DNA of 64,000 bases from an uncultured Opitutales bacterium (GTDB lineage Bacteria; Verrucomicrobiota; Verrucomicrobiia; Opitutales; T3Sed10-336), in NCBI GenBank assembly GCA_964645585.1, contig CAZYAN010000007.1, forward strand, positions 6,297-70,296, written 5' to 3'. The notes beneath the pieces were generated by a model. It worked only from the letters and a program-made list of their open reading frames with translations. It made no database searches and was not told the origin of the DNA. Each line of letters starts with the position of its first letter. The stretch's first letter is position 1. Below, piece after piece: positions 53,429 to 63,500 of the stretch. The position numbers and the translations under genes were made by a program.

Positions 53429-54862
53429 ATGAATCGACGATCCACCTTTACCGCGAAAGCATTTCTCGCGGCCTCGCTCCTCGCCAGCTTTCTTCCCGGC
53501 CTGCACAGCCAGCCTGCGGCCGTCGAGCTGAACGGCCTGTCCGCCTTTCGCGACCCGAGCCCGAGCTGGCAGGAAACCGAAACAATCACCGGGATCGACG
53601 GAAAGAAAATCCTCGTCAGCGACGCCGCCGGCCGAATCATCGTCAATCTGCCTTCCGACACCGCGCGAGGCCGCGACCTGATCAGTGCGCTCGAGCATGG
53701 CGACGCCGATGTCAAACTGGAATATCTCCTGCCCGAAGGCTCAAATTCCGGCATCTATCTCCAAGGCCGCTACGAGCTGCAATTGCTCGACAGCTGGGGT
53801 AAACAAGCCGTCGGGTTCTCCGACAACGGCGGGATTTACCAGCGCTGGGACGATTCGAAACCGGACGGACAAAAGGGTTTTGAAGGCACTCCGCCCGCGC
53901 GGAACGTCAGTCGCGCCCCCGGCCTTTGGCAATCCCTCCACATCGCGTTTCAAGCTCCGCGATTCGACGCCAGCGGCGCAAAAACCGAAAACGCACGGAT
54001 CCTGCGGGCCGAACTCAATGGCGCCGTCATCCATGAAAACGTCGAGCTGACCGGCCCCACCCGCGGATCGATCAGCGCCGAAGAAGCCGCGACCGGCCCG
54101 CTCCGGATTCAGGGCGACCACGGACCGATCGCCCTCCGCAACATCCGCCTCGTCCTCTATGATACCGATTCCCCGCGCCCGGCGTTTCGTCCCGCCGGCA
54201 ACCGTCTCCTCGTCGACCCCCAACGCATGCCGCTCATCCGCAGTTTCATGAACCTCCCGGACGGAACGCCGCTGACCCATGCTGTTTCCGTCTGCCACCC
54301 ATCCAGCGTTCATTACACCTTTGATCTGGAAAGCGGGAACCTCGTCCAAGTCTGGCGCGGCGCCTTCCTCGACGCCACCCCGATGTGGCACTTTCGCGGA
54401 GATGGCCATTCCCGGCCCCTCGGCGCGGTCCGGCAGGTCGCTCCCGGTTACGCGCCAGCCTTGGCCCGCTTGCCGTCACCCGACGCCCCGTGGCCGGAAA
54501 ACACCGGGGAAGCGGATTTTCGCTTTCTCCAATACCAGCTCGATTCGAACAACAACCCGACTTTCAGCTACGAATCCTGGGGCACGAAGATCACAGACGA
54601 AATTCGCGCCGCCGATGACGGACGCGCACTCACGCGAACGCTGGCGGCTGACGGAAATGTATCGAATCTCATGATACGCGTCGCAAGCGGTCCATCGATT
54701 ACAGCCGTGGACGATCGCGGACTTTACATCGTCGGCGACCGCGCCTGCTACATCCGAATCGATGACGCCGGAGATGCCCGCCCGCGAATCCGCCAAATCG
54801 GCAACTCCGCCGAGCTTCTCCTGCCGGCAGGCGATTCGGTGACGTATTCGATTCTCTTTTAA
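53429..54862 (+). CDS. Secreted protein with an N-terminal DUF1080 (3-keto-disaccharide hydrolase-like) domain
   Basis: Signal peptide. NSGIYLQGRYELQLLDSWG and GGIYQRWD are typical DUF1080 motifs. Confidence 0.72.
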   Translation: MNRRSTFTAKAFLAASLLASFLPGLHSQPAAVELNGLSAFRDPSPSWQETETITGIDGKKILVSDAAGRIIVNLPSDTARGRDLISALEHGDADVKLEYLLPEGSNSGIYLQGRYELQLLDSWGKQAVGFSDNGGIYQRWDDSKPDGQKGFEGTPPARNVSRAPGLWQSLHIAFQAPRFDASGAKTENARILRAELNGAVIHENVELTGPTRGSISAEEAATGPLRIQGDHGPIALRNIRLVLYDTDSPRPAFRPAGNRLLVDPQRMPLIRSFMNLPDGTPLTHAVSVCHPSSVHYTFDLESGNLVQVWRGAFLDATPMWHFRGDGHSRPLGAVRQVAPGYAPALARLPSPDAPWPENTGEADFRFLQYQLDSNNNPTFSYESWGTKITDEIRAADDGRALTRTLAADGNVSNLMIRVASGPSITAVDDRGLYIVGDRACYIRIDDAGDARPRIRQIGNSAELLLPAGDSVTYSILF

Positions 54863-54895
54863 CCCCCTTCGTTTTCTCCTTCGCCGATCAGTCTT

Positions 54896-56809
54896 ATGAA
54901 AAAGCCCGCCTGTTTGCCCCTCGCCCAGCCGCTGTCCGCCTTCGTCGCAAGCCTGCTGATGCTGGCAGGTCCCTCCGCGCATGCACAGGAAAATGCCGCC
55001 TCATTGCACCCGGACCCGTTCCAAATCGTCGACATTACCCCTCCGGATGGCGTTCTTCTGGAAGTCGGCGGCCTTGCGCTCCTTCCCGACGGCACCCTCG
55101 GAATCGCCACCCGGCGCGGCGAAATTTTCGTCGTATCAAACCCGACATCCAATCAGCCCCAATTTCAACTTTTCGCGTTCGGACTGCACGAGATCCTGGG
55201 ACTGGCCTACAAAGACGGCGCCTTTTACGCGGCGCAGCGGGGCGAGTTGACCCGCATCACCGACACCGATGGCGACGGGCGCGGCGATCTCTTCGAAACA
55301 GTCGGTGCATGGCCGCTTTCCGGCAATTATCACGAATACAGCTACGGCCCCAAAATCGCGCCCGACGGGTCGCTCTTTGTCACCACCAACGTCGGATTCG
55401 CCAATCCCGAATGGTTTCGGGGCGTCAGCCTGGTTCCTTGGCGCGGCTGGGCTCTGCGCTTCACTCCGGATGGCCAGATGGAACCGTGGGCGACCGGCAT
55501 GCGCTCTCCGGCCGGCCTGGAGGTGATCGACGGCGAATTCTTCTACACCGACAACCAAGGCGATTGGATCGGGTCCGGCGGTCTTTGGCACCTGCCGAAG
55601 GGCACGTTCGCCGGCCACCCGGCCGGCCTCGCCTGGAGCGGCCTCGCCAATCCGCCCATCGACGTGACGCCAGAGGATGTGTACGAACAGGTCGATCCTC
55701 GCAATGCAAAGAACGCTGACGGGCACCCGATCAAACCCGAAAACATTCCGGACGAAGCCGATTTTAAAACGCTCGCGGATCTCACCGGCGTATTTCCGGA
55801 AATCCGGATGCCCGCCGTCTGGCTGCCGCACGGGATTTTAGGCGTGTCCAATGCCGACGTCATCGAAATCCCCAAAAACGCCTTCGGCCCGTTCGGGGGT
55901 CAGGTGCTCGTCGGCGACCAGGGACAAAGCAAAATCGTCCGCGTTTTCCTCGAAAAAGTCGACGGCGAGTACCAGGGCGCCGCTTTCGACTTCCTCGACG
56001 GTTTCAAGTCCGGCGTCTTCCGCCTCGCCTTCGCCAAAGACCGTTCACTCTTCGTCGGCATGACCAGCCGCGGCTGGAGCTCGGTCGGCCCTGAGATGCA
56101 AGGCCTCCAGCGCGTCGTGTACGGCGGAGACAAACCGTTCACCATGAAAGCGGTGCGCGCCATGCCTGACGGTTTCGAAATCGAATTCACGAAACCGGTC
56201 GATCGCGAGCGGGCCGAGGACCTCGCTTCCTTCGCCATCCAGAGTTTCACTTACAAATTTCATCCCGTCTACGGCAGTCCTCCGGTAAACATGAGCGAGC
56301 ACGCGATCCGCGGAGTCCGTGTATCCGAAGATGGATACAAAGCCCGCCTTCTCGTCGAAAACCTCCGGCGCCATTTCGTCCATCAAATCGTGCTGCAAAA
56401 CATTCGGTCGGCGGAAGGACAGCCCCTCCGTCACGCGGCCGCCTACTACACACTGCACAACATTCCTTCCGGCCGGCATCTCGCGATGAGTGAAGTCAGC
56501 ACGCGCAATTCCCGTCCAGCCGAGGAAGCTCCAGCAGCCGTCATCGACACGTCGAACTTCAGCCAGGTCCAACCGCTCCTTGCTAAAAACACCTGCACCG
56601 CCTGTCACGCTCCCGACCGGCGTCAAGTGGGTCCCGCATTTATGGAGATCGCCCAGCGCGAGTACAGTGTAGACAAAATTGTTCAACTGATCCGCCAGCC
56701 GGAAAACCGCAATTGGCCAGGATTCTCCACGCCGATGCCGCCCATGCCCCACGTTCCCGAACATGAGGCACGCGCCATCGCCGCATGGATTACGTCGTTG
56801 AAGAAATAA
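54896..56809 (+). CDS. PVC-type heme-binding protein: a beta-propeller dehydrogenase-like domain with a C-terminal cytochrome c domain.
   Basis: Signal peptide. The CTACH heme-binding motif lies at 56594-56608, followed by MPPMPHV (a Met ligand context). The architecture is typical of the Planctomycetes/Verrucomicrobia membrane-bound dehydrogenase plus heme-binding families. Confidence 0.78.
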   Translation: MKKPACLPLAQPLSAFVASLLMLAGPSAHAQENAASLHPDPFQIVDITPPDGVLLEVGGLALLPDGTLGIATRRGEIFVVSNPTSNQPQFQLFAFGLHEILGLAYKDGAFYAAQRGELTRITDTDGDGRGDLFETVGAWPLSGNYHEYSYGPKIAPDGSLFVTTNVGFANPEWFRGVSLVPWRGWALRFTPDGQMEPWATGMRSPAGLEVIDGEFFYTDNQGDWIGSGGLWHLPKGTFAGHPAGLAWSGLANPPIDVTPEDVYEQVDPRNAKNADGHPIKPENIPDEADFKTLADLTGVFPEIRMPAVWLPHGILGVSNADVIEIPKNAFGPFGGQVLVGDQGQSKIVRVFLEKVDGEYQGAAFDFLDGFKSGVFRLAFAKDRSLFVGMTSRGWSSVGPEMQGLQRVVYGGDKPFTMKAVRAMPDGFEIEFTKPVDRERAEDLASFAIQSFTYKFHPVYGSPPVNMSEHAIRGVRVSEDGYKARLLVENLRRHFVHQIVLQNIRSAEGQPLRHAAAYYTLHNIPSGRHLAMSEVSTRNSRPAEEAPAAVIDTSNFSQVQPLLAKNTCTACHAPDRRQVGPAFMEIAQREYSVDKIVQLIRQPENRNWPGFSTPMPPMPHVPEHEARAIAAWITSLKK

Positions 56810-56816
56810 TGGTAAG

Positions 56817-56871
56817 AGCGGGGGCTTCAGCGCCTTCATCATCTCCCCAAAATGGGGCGGAAGCCCCCGCT
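56817..56871. repeat. Long inverted repeat at a convergent gene junction
   Basis: Perfect 12-bp arms AGCGGGGGCTTC (56817-56828) and GAAGCCCCCGCT (56860-56871). A nested CCCC-AAAAT-GGGG hairpin sits in the 31-nt spacer. Neither strand has a U-tract. Confidence 0.4.
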
Positions 56872-56882
56872 CATACCGGGCG

Positions 56883-57809
56883 TCACCGCGCCATGCTGCA
56901 CAGGAGCTGATAAAGCATTTCCAGCCGCGGGGCCTCGACCTCCAACGCGTGTGCTTGACGAACCGCCTCGCCCCAAATCGCTTCAATCTCGACTTCACGC
57001 CCGAGCTCGTAGTCGATCAAACTCGACGGCTTGTATGGGCCCATTGGATACGTCACCTCAAACTGGCGATCAAGGAACGCATCCTCAATGCGATAGCCCG
57101 CGGCCGCCGCGATCGCCTGCACTTCTTGCATAAGCGCCCGCGCGAGTTTCTCCAGCTCCGGCCGCGCGAGAATCGCCTGCGTGTCGATTCCGCCCGCAAC
57201 GATCGCCAAACCGTTGAACGGCACGTTCCAAACGAGTTTGCGCCATCGAGCCTCCGCGAGCGATTCCGCAAGCTGACATCGCACACCCGCCTTCTCCCAC
57301 ATTCGCGCGATTTCACGCGTCCGCTCCCGGGGCCCGCCGACGTACTCCCCAACCGTCATATAGCCCGGGTAAAAACTCTTGATCACACCAGCCTCCAGCC
57401 GGTTTACGCAGATAAAACAAAGTCCGCCAAGGATGCGATCATCCCCGAAATGGCGCCCGAGAAAGGCCTCGTTACCCAGTCCGTTCTGCAGGGTCAAAAT
57501 CGCCGTCTCCTCATAAACCAACGGCGCAAGAAGGTCCGGAAGCGCCTCATTAGCCGTCGCCTTCAACGCAACGATCACCCAGTCGCACGGGCCGATCTCC
57601 CGCGTCGACGCATAGATTTGCGGATCGGGCAGCGTAAAACTTTCGTCGCCTTGCTCCACCCGCAGCCCGCGCGCCTTTACCGCGGCGAAATCGGAGCGCA
57701 TCAGGAAATGCACATCCTCGCCCGCTCGAGCCAGGAGAGCGCCGTAATAACTCCCAATCGCCCCTGACCCGACAATCGCGATCTTTCGCCTTTTCCCCTT
57801 TTCGCTCAT
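56883..57809 (-). CDS. panE: 2-dehydropantoate 2-reductase (ketopantoate reductase)
   Basis: KIAIVGSGAIGSYYGALLARAG Rossmann motif and an ApbA/PanE-like C-terminal domain. The start overlaps the recD stop (ATGA). Confidence 0.86.
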   Translation of the reverse strand: MSEKGKRRKIAIVGSGAIGSYYGALLARAGEDVHFLMRSDFAAVKARGLRVEQGDESFTLPDPQIYASTREIGPCDWVIVALKATANEALPDLLAPLVYEETAILTLQNGLGNEAFLGRHFGDDRILGGLCFICVNRLEAGVIKSFYPGYMTVGEYVGGPRERTREIARMWEKAGVRCQLAESLAEARWRKLVWNVPFNGLAIVAGGIDTQAILARPELEKLARALMQEVQAIAAAAGYRIEDAFLDRQFEVTYPMGPYKPSSLIDYELGREVEIEAIWGEAVRQAHALEVEAPRLEMLYQLLCSMAR

Positions 57810-59557
57810 ACACCGGTTTCCATCCTCCGTTCGTCCCGCAGCAGGTCAATGAGGCCAGAAGCCCGTTGAACGCGGCACGAAACCGCCGTGCCAATCACGT
57901 CTTCGCTCCCCCAGATCTCGACCCGCTTTCGCGCGCGGCTGATCGCCGTGTACAGCAGCTCGCGAGTCAAAATTTTCGCGTCACGCGATGGCAGGATGAT
58001 GATGACTTCCTCGAACTCGGAACCTTGCGCCTTGTGAACCGTCATCGCAAAAGCCGGTTCAACAGAAGGCAGCCGCAACGGCGATACTTTGCGAACCGAC
58101 CCATCCTCGTTACGGAAAAATGCCATCAGCTTCCCTTCCTCATCGTCATCGTCGAGCAGCACACCTATATCCCCGTTGAACAGCCGCGCCGAATAATCGT
58201 TCTCCGTCACCAAAACCGGCCGCCCCGGATAATGGTTCCGCCCAGCCGGGATCATCCCCTCTTCCCGCAAAATCTCTTCGATCCACGCGTTCAGGTTCTC
58301 CTTCCCGTAAACGCCCCGCCGCAACGCGGTCAAAATCTGAAACGCCCCGAAGCGATCGAGCGATCTCCCCGGATCCCGCTCCTTCAGAAACGCCTTCCAC
58401 CCTTCCACAATTCGGGCCCGCAAGCTTTCTTTCAACGCGCGGGGTTCAGGCAAGGCCCGCCAGCGAACGTCGTCGCCTCCCCGCTGAAGAATCTCGATCG
58501 TTTCGTCGACGGCACCCTCCCGGATCGCGTTGCAAATGCGAAAGATCCCGCTCTCATTCCCAAAGCGATAATTTCTCCGCAAGATCGTCGCCACCCCCGC
58601 GACTGGCGCCGCGGTTTCTTCCGTCGCCGCGTCAATGAGCCCGGCCAACACCCCTCCCGCTTCCACCGAAGCCAGCTGATCTTTGTCACCCAGCAGCAAA
58701 AGGCGCGCGTGCGGCGGCAGCGCATCGACCAGTTTCGCCATCAACGGCAGATCGACCATCGACGCTTCATCCACCACCACAACATCCGCCGCGAGCGGGC
58801 TTTCGGCATGGTGACGAAAATGGACCGACCCGGGGATCGCTCCGAGGAGACGGTGAACGGTCGACGCCTCAATCGCCTCCAGCCGCTCCGCCAAATGAGA
58901 CGGAACCGATATTTTCTCAAGTCCCTGCCGAAGACTTTCGCGCATCCGGGCCGCCGCCTTCCCCGTCGGCGCCGCGAGCCGGACGAGCCGCTCAGGGTTC
59001 TTCTCAAGCAAGAGTATCAAGATTTTCAATACCGTTGTCGTCTTGCCGGTGCCAGGTCCCCCCGAGATTACTGACAGTCGCCGCGCCAAAGCGTTTCTCG
59101 CCGCCGCTCTCTGCTCAACCGCGTCCCCGAACAATTCCGCGAGCCGCGCGTCCGTTTCCGCCGAAACAGCCGCGGCACCGCCCTCGGTCAGCTCCAGGAA
59201 TTTTCGCGAAAGGAGGTTTTCATAGGCCCAATAGCGCTGGAGGTAAAGTTTGCCGAGACGGGTGAGAATCAACGGACGCGTATCACCGGGCGCTCCAACG
59301 ACCGGCGAACGGCCCAAATCATTCTGCCATTCCGCAAGGCTGGGCCACGCCGGAAGCGGCTGCTCGTCCAAATCCTCCCAGTCGGGCGGCACGCTGAGAT
59401 CGAGCAAGATATGGCCGCGCCGCAATTGATAGCTGACCAAGGCGGCCGCGAGCGGAAGCAATTGGCTCGCTCCTCCGTCTATTCGTGCCAACAACGCCGC
59501 GAATCGCCGATCGAGACTGGTGAAGGCCGGGGCCGCAAGGAACGCCGGCTCCGTCAT
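57806..59557 (-). CDS. recD: Exodeoxyribonuclease V alpha subunit RecD
   Basis: Walker A ISGGPGTGKTTT, VVVDEASMVD, and the C-terminal MTVHKAQGSEF and LLYTAISRA. The start is set at MTEPAFL (59557), which overlaps the recB stop (ATGA). Confidence 0.9.
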   Translation of the reverse strand: MTEPAFLAAPAFTSLDRRFAALLARIDGGASQLLPLAAALVSYQLRRGHILLDLSVPPDWEDLDEQPLPAWPSLAEWQNDLGRSPVVGAPGDTRPLILTRLGKLYLQRYWAYENLLSRKFLELTEGGAAAVSAETDARLAELFGDAVEQRAAARNALARRLSVISGGPGTGKTTTVLKILILLLEKNPERLVRLAAPTGKAAARMRESLRQGLEKISVPSHLAERLEAIEASTVHRLLGAIPGSVHFRHHAESPLAADVVVVDEASMVDLPLMAKLVDALPPHARLLLLGDKDQLASVEAGGVLAGLIDAATEETAAPVAGVATILRRNYRFGNESGIFRICNAIREGAVDETIEILQRGGDDVRWRALPEPRALKESLRARIVEGWKAFLKERDPGRSLDRFGAFQILTALRRGVYGKENLNAWIEEILREEGMIPAGRNHYPGRPVLVTENDYSARLFNGDIGVLLDDDDEEGKLMAFFRNEDGSVRKVSPLRLPSVEPAFAMTVHKAQGSEFEEVIIILPSRDAKILTRELLYTAISRARKRVEIWGSEDVIGTAVSCRVQRASGLIDLLRDERRMETGV

Positions 59558-62500
59558 ACCTTCACACCTTCCTTTCCGGTCGAAGCGAAGCCCAAAGGAG
59601 CGGCGCCGTCTTGCCGCTGAAGCGCCGAGTGACAAGATGCCTCCCCTCGAAGAGCGGGCGCCAGCAGGGTTCGCTCCAGCTTCGCGACAAGGTCGCGCGA
59701 CGGACGATCAAAATAGATTCCCGACGATGGATCATTCCGGTCGATCCCGCGCACGAAAATGTAGAACACCCCGCCAAACCGCTCGTCAAAAGCCTTCTCC
59801 CCATACCGCGCCGCCAAATGCCGGTGGAGAGCAAGCGTGTACAGGTGGTATTGCAAAAAGTAATAACTTTCGGTGATCGATCGCCGCAGCGCGTCCCGCG
59901 AATACAGGTGAGCGCTTCCTCCCAGCCAGTTCGATTTCCAGTCGATGATGTAATATTTCCCCTGCCACCGGACAACGAGATCGATGAATCCGGTCATGTA
60001 TCCGTCGACCGGCGAAAACTCCAGCCGCCCGAGATTTGTCTTCCACTCTTCCGGAAGCTCGTTTCGGTCAAAAACCGCCGCGATCTCCCGTCTTCCCGCC
60101 GGCAGAATCGGATAGTAAAATGCTTCTTCGACAAGGCGATCGCCAGTGCCAATGTCCGCCAGCCGGCCACCCTCCGGTAACAGAGGCAACTTCAGCAGCG
60201 CATCCAATGTCGCCGCCACCGCGGGGGCGAACCTCCGATCGAACCGATAACGCGCCAGTTCCTTTTCCACGGCCTTCCGCAGCGTCTCCGGCTGACGGAA
60301 ATCGAGCTTCTCCATAATTCCGTGAAAAAAGTTCCCGGCCTTCGTCCCTTTCGGAAACGAAAAGATCGACCATTCCTCCGCCGCCGCGGGTTCATTCGCG
60401 ACCGGAGCGGCAGGCGCCGCCGGCGTCAGCGCGTCCCGATCGGGAATGGCTTCATGGGCGGCCGCCGTCATTCCGCTGAAGCTCGTAACCAGCGGTTCGG
60501 GCGAGAAGGCCGGAGCGCCGGTTTTCACCGTCAGCACCCGTTCCTCCCGGCTCTCCGCCGAGAGGGAACGCCGGCCAGCGCCCCCGGGCCGTTCGAAAAT
60601 CGCCAGACACGGATGATCGTCTTGGGCCAAGGCATTGAACGCCGCCAGCGGCGTCTCCGGACCGTCGGCGCCGCCGCACTGAAACAGGTGCGCGAGCACC
60701 GAATTCTCCGGTTTCACGGAAGCCCGCGTCTGTGCCCAAAAGAGATAGCACCGGTTGCGCGCGCGGGTCAAAGCGACGTACAGCAGGCGCATCGCCTCGG
60801 CTTGCTGCTCGCGATGATGGGCCGCCTTGCTCTCGCTCGCCGCCGGCGCCCGCAGATCCCAAGTGAGCCGATTGCCGTTCGCCGGGTCGTGAAAGACGAT
60901 TTCCGCACGGGTCGGGATAAAATTGGTCCAGTTAAACGGACAGAAAACCACCGGATACTCGAGACCCTTGCTGCGGTGGATCGTGACAATCTGGACCGCG
61001 CGTTCGTCCTTTTCGAGTCGAAGGAGATGATTCTCGGCCTCGCCGTCCGGCCGCCCTCCCTGTTCGACAAGCCAGTGGAGCAGCGGTGCCGGCGTCAGCC
61101 TCAAATCGTATTCCGCCTGATGAATACACTCGGCCGCGTGCTGGAAATTCGTCAGGATTCGCTCGCCGTCGGGAAGTCCGAGCAGTCGCGCTTTTTGCTC
61201 CAAAAGAAAAGCGCGGAACATGTGAATGAAACCCCGCCGTTTCCAAGTCTCCTGCCAGTTGTGAAACCGCTCGACGACCTCCTGCCACTCGCTTTCACCG
61301 CGAGTGCTGCGATGGATCGCCGCCGCATCCCAGCCGAAGAGGCTGCCGGCAAGAGCGCCGCGAACGAGGCTCTCGCTGTGCGGTTCGAGGACTGCCGCGA
61401 GAAAACGCCGCATGTCCGCCGCTTCGGGTGAGTGTAAAACCGATTGGTTGGTCCGCGTGACAGCCGGGATACCGGCCGCGATCAAGCGCTGCCGCACCTC
61501 GTCGGCTTCGCGATTCGTCCGGACGAGCACCGCGATATCCGCCGGCTCGAGCGGCTTGCCGTTGCGCGTGATCTCCGCTGTGAGGAGCCGGCAGATCTCA
61601 TCGCGCACGAGTTCAAGAATCATCTCTTTCGCGATACCCGTGTTCAGCGGGCCGTCACCATTCGAAACGCAAACGAGCTGGAGCGGCTTTTCGTTGATTC
61701 CGACCGCGTTTTCCCCGAAATCAAGCTCGGTTTCGCCGGCCCGACTCGCCGCCACCGGCGAAAACACGATTTCCGGAAACACGAATGGCGCGGAATGCCG
61801 CCGGAAAATCTCGTTGGCCGCTTCGACGAGTTTGCCGTCGGACCGCCAATTCGTGCCGAGTGTGCAACGGCGGGTCGCGTGCCGCCGGGCTTCAAGATAG
61901 GTAAAAATGTCCGCGCCGCGAAACGCGTAGATCGCCTGTTTGGGATCGCCGATGAGGAACAGCAGGTGCCTGCCGCCGCCAAAGACTTTTCGGAAAATTT
62001 CCCACTGGACCGGATCGGTGTCCTGGAATTCGTCGATCAAAACCGCCCGAAACTTGTGCCCCATCGCCTCCGCCAGCCGTTCGCCTCCGGGAGATTCCAG
62101 GGCGTCGCGGAGAATAGTGAGAAGGTCGTCAAAGGTCATCACATTCCGCTGGCGCTTCGCCTGGGCGAGCCTCTCTCGGGCCGATTCGATAAACGCAGCG
62201 CGCACCGATTGCTCAAACACGCGGAGCAGCGTCGAGGCTTCTTCACATTGATCAAAAAACGGATGAGACGGCGGCGTTTTGCCCTTGCGCGTGGAAACAG
62301 CCAGTTTGTCCGCGGCCAACAGATCGATCGCGGTCAACGTTTCCGGGCGCAGGCGTTTCTCCGCCTCCAGACGATCCAGTGCCGCCAACAGCGGGTCGAT
62401 CTCCTCCGGACGATACGGCTTCTTCATCCGATTCGGCTGCTTCAGCAGATCCTCGATTTCCGAACGGTCCGACCGCCAGACCTCCCGGATTTTCGCCAGC

Positions 62501-63174
62501 GTGTCGAAAAATCGAGGCGGCCATTCCGCAAGGGGCACAGGGTCAGCGTCAGCCAGAATCGCGAGATCCGGGTGCCGCGACAGTTGGGTGAGCACGCCGA
62601 GAAGACCGTCAGTCGACAGTCTCCCCCGAGTCCCGAGCCAAGCGACGACCGCTCCAGTCTCCCCGTCGGCCGGGTAAAACGTGCGGCGCCAGAAATCCTG
62701 AACCGTTTCCCTCCACAACGGTGCCGGATCGGTCACCAGTTCCACTTCGAATCTCACGCCGGTCTCAAACGCGTTCTCGCGCAGCATTCGCTGGCAAAAG
62801 CCGTGGATGGTAAAAATCGCCGCTTCGTCGAAGGAGAGGAGTGCCTGCCGCAACCGGCGAATCCCCGTCCGCGTCATGTCATCGTCGCAATCGCGAAAGG
62901 CGCGCAAGGCCTCGTCCTTTTCCGGTGTTGCGCTGGCAAGGAAACCGAGCGCGTCCCGGATCCGGCTCCGGACCCTGTCGCGCAGTTCTCGCGTAGCGGC
63001 CTCGGTATACGTTACCAAAAGAATCGCGCTGATCGGGAAGTCCTTTTCAGCGATCAGCCGGACGACCGCCCCGGCGATCGCGTACGTCTTCCCTGTTCCG
63101 GCACTCGCCTCGATCAAAGTAACGCCGGGCTCCAAGGAAGCTTCCCCGACCTGAAACAATTCATTGGTAGCCAT
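59554..63174 (-). CDS. recB: Exodeoxyribonuclease V beta subunit RecB (UvrD-like helicase plus C-terminal PD-(D/E)xK nuclease)
   Basis: Walker A EASAGTGKTY, LIDEFQDTD, YVALTRA, and the nuclease motif GFIDLVVRWQGKYYIIDWKSN. Confidence 0.9.
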   Translation of the reverse strand: MATNELFQVGEASLEPGVTLIEASAGTGKTYAIAGAVVRLIAEKDFPISAILLVTYTEAATRELRDRVRSRIRDALGFLASATPEKDEALRAFRDCDDDMTRTGIRRLRQALLSFDEAAIFTIHGFCQRMLRENAFETGVRFEVELVTDPAPLWRETVQDFWRRTFYPADGETGAVVAWLGTRGRLSTDGLLGVLTQLSRHPDLAILADADPVPLAEWPPRFFDTLAKIREVWRSDRSEIEDLLKQPNRMKKPYRPEEIDPLLAALDRLEAEKRLRPETLTAIDLLAADKLAVSTRKGKTPPSHPFFDQCEEASTLLRVFEQSVRAAFIESARERLAQAKRQRNVMTFDDLLTILRDALESPGGERLAEAMGHKFRAVLIDEFQDTDPVQWEIFRKVFGGGRHLLFLIGDPKQAIYAFRGADIFTYLEARRHATRRCTLGTNWRSDGKLVEAANEIFRRHSAPFVFPEIVFSPVAASRAGETELDFGENAVGINEKPLQLVCVSNGDGPLNTGIAKEMILELVRDEICRLLTAEITRNGKPLEPADIAVLVRTNREADEVRQRLIAAGIPAVTRTNQSVLHSPEAADMRRFLAAVLEPHSESLVRGALAGSLFGWDAAAIHRSTRGESEWQEVVERFHNWQETWKRRGFIHMFRAFLLEQKARLLGLPDGERILTNFQHAAECIHQAEYDLRLTPAPLLHWLVEQGGRPDGEAENHLLRLEKDERAVQIVTIHRSKGLEYPVVFCPFNWTNFIPTRAEIVFHDPANGNRLTWDLRAPAASESKAAHHREQQAEAMRLLYVALTRARNRCYLFWAQTRASVKPENSVLAHLFQCGGADGPETPLAAFNALAQDDHPCLAIFERPGGAGRRSLSAESREERVLTVKTGAPAFSPEPLVTSFSGMTAAAHEAIPDRDALTPAAPAAPVANEPAAAEEWSIFSFPKGTKAGNFFHGIMEKLDFRQPETLRKAVEKELARYRFDRRFAPAVAATLDALLKLPLLPEGGRLADIGTGDRLVEEAFYYPILPAGRREIAAVFDRNELPEEWKTNLGRLEFSPVDGYMTGFIDLVVRWQGKYYIIDWKSNWLGGSAHLYSRDALRRSITESYYFLQYHLYTLALHRHLAARYGEKAFDERFGGVFYIFVRGIDRNDPSSGIYFDRPSRDLVAKLERTLLAPALRGEASCHSALQRQDGAAPLGFASTGKEGVKV

Positions 63175-63500
63175 CTTGCACCGCGATCAATATCTTTCGT
63201 TCTCCCGCATCAGCCGCGCTTTTGCAATCGCCCAATTCTGAAGCTTTACAACGGGTCATGTCGCCGCGGGTCTTTTTACAAATTCTTTGGTTTGATTAAC
63301 TAGCGGCCATCCCCATGCTGTGTCTCCGTAACTTACTGAACGTCAGGCGAGGAAATAATTGATTTCGTCTCGCACGATGTCCCGTCTCCGTCTCCCACCT
63401 CCCTTCCGAGCCCAACGCAACCGCTCCAGGACGCTCGGCGCGACGCTGTTTTTCGGCTCCGGCATTCGTCCCGGCAACCCTTTCGGAGCGTCACAGTGAA

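Noticed and set aside
61444-63303. 619-aa plus-strand ORF opposite recB, and likewise 57866..59074 opposite recD and 49520..50704 opposite pgk.
   Set aside because: These are shadow ORFs. The minus-strand products have complete helicase, nuclease or kinase motifs.
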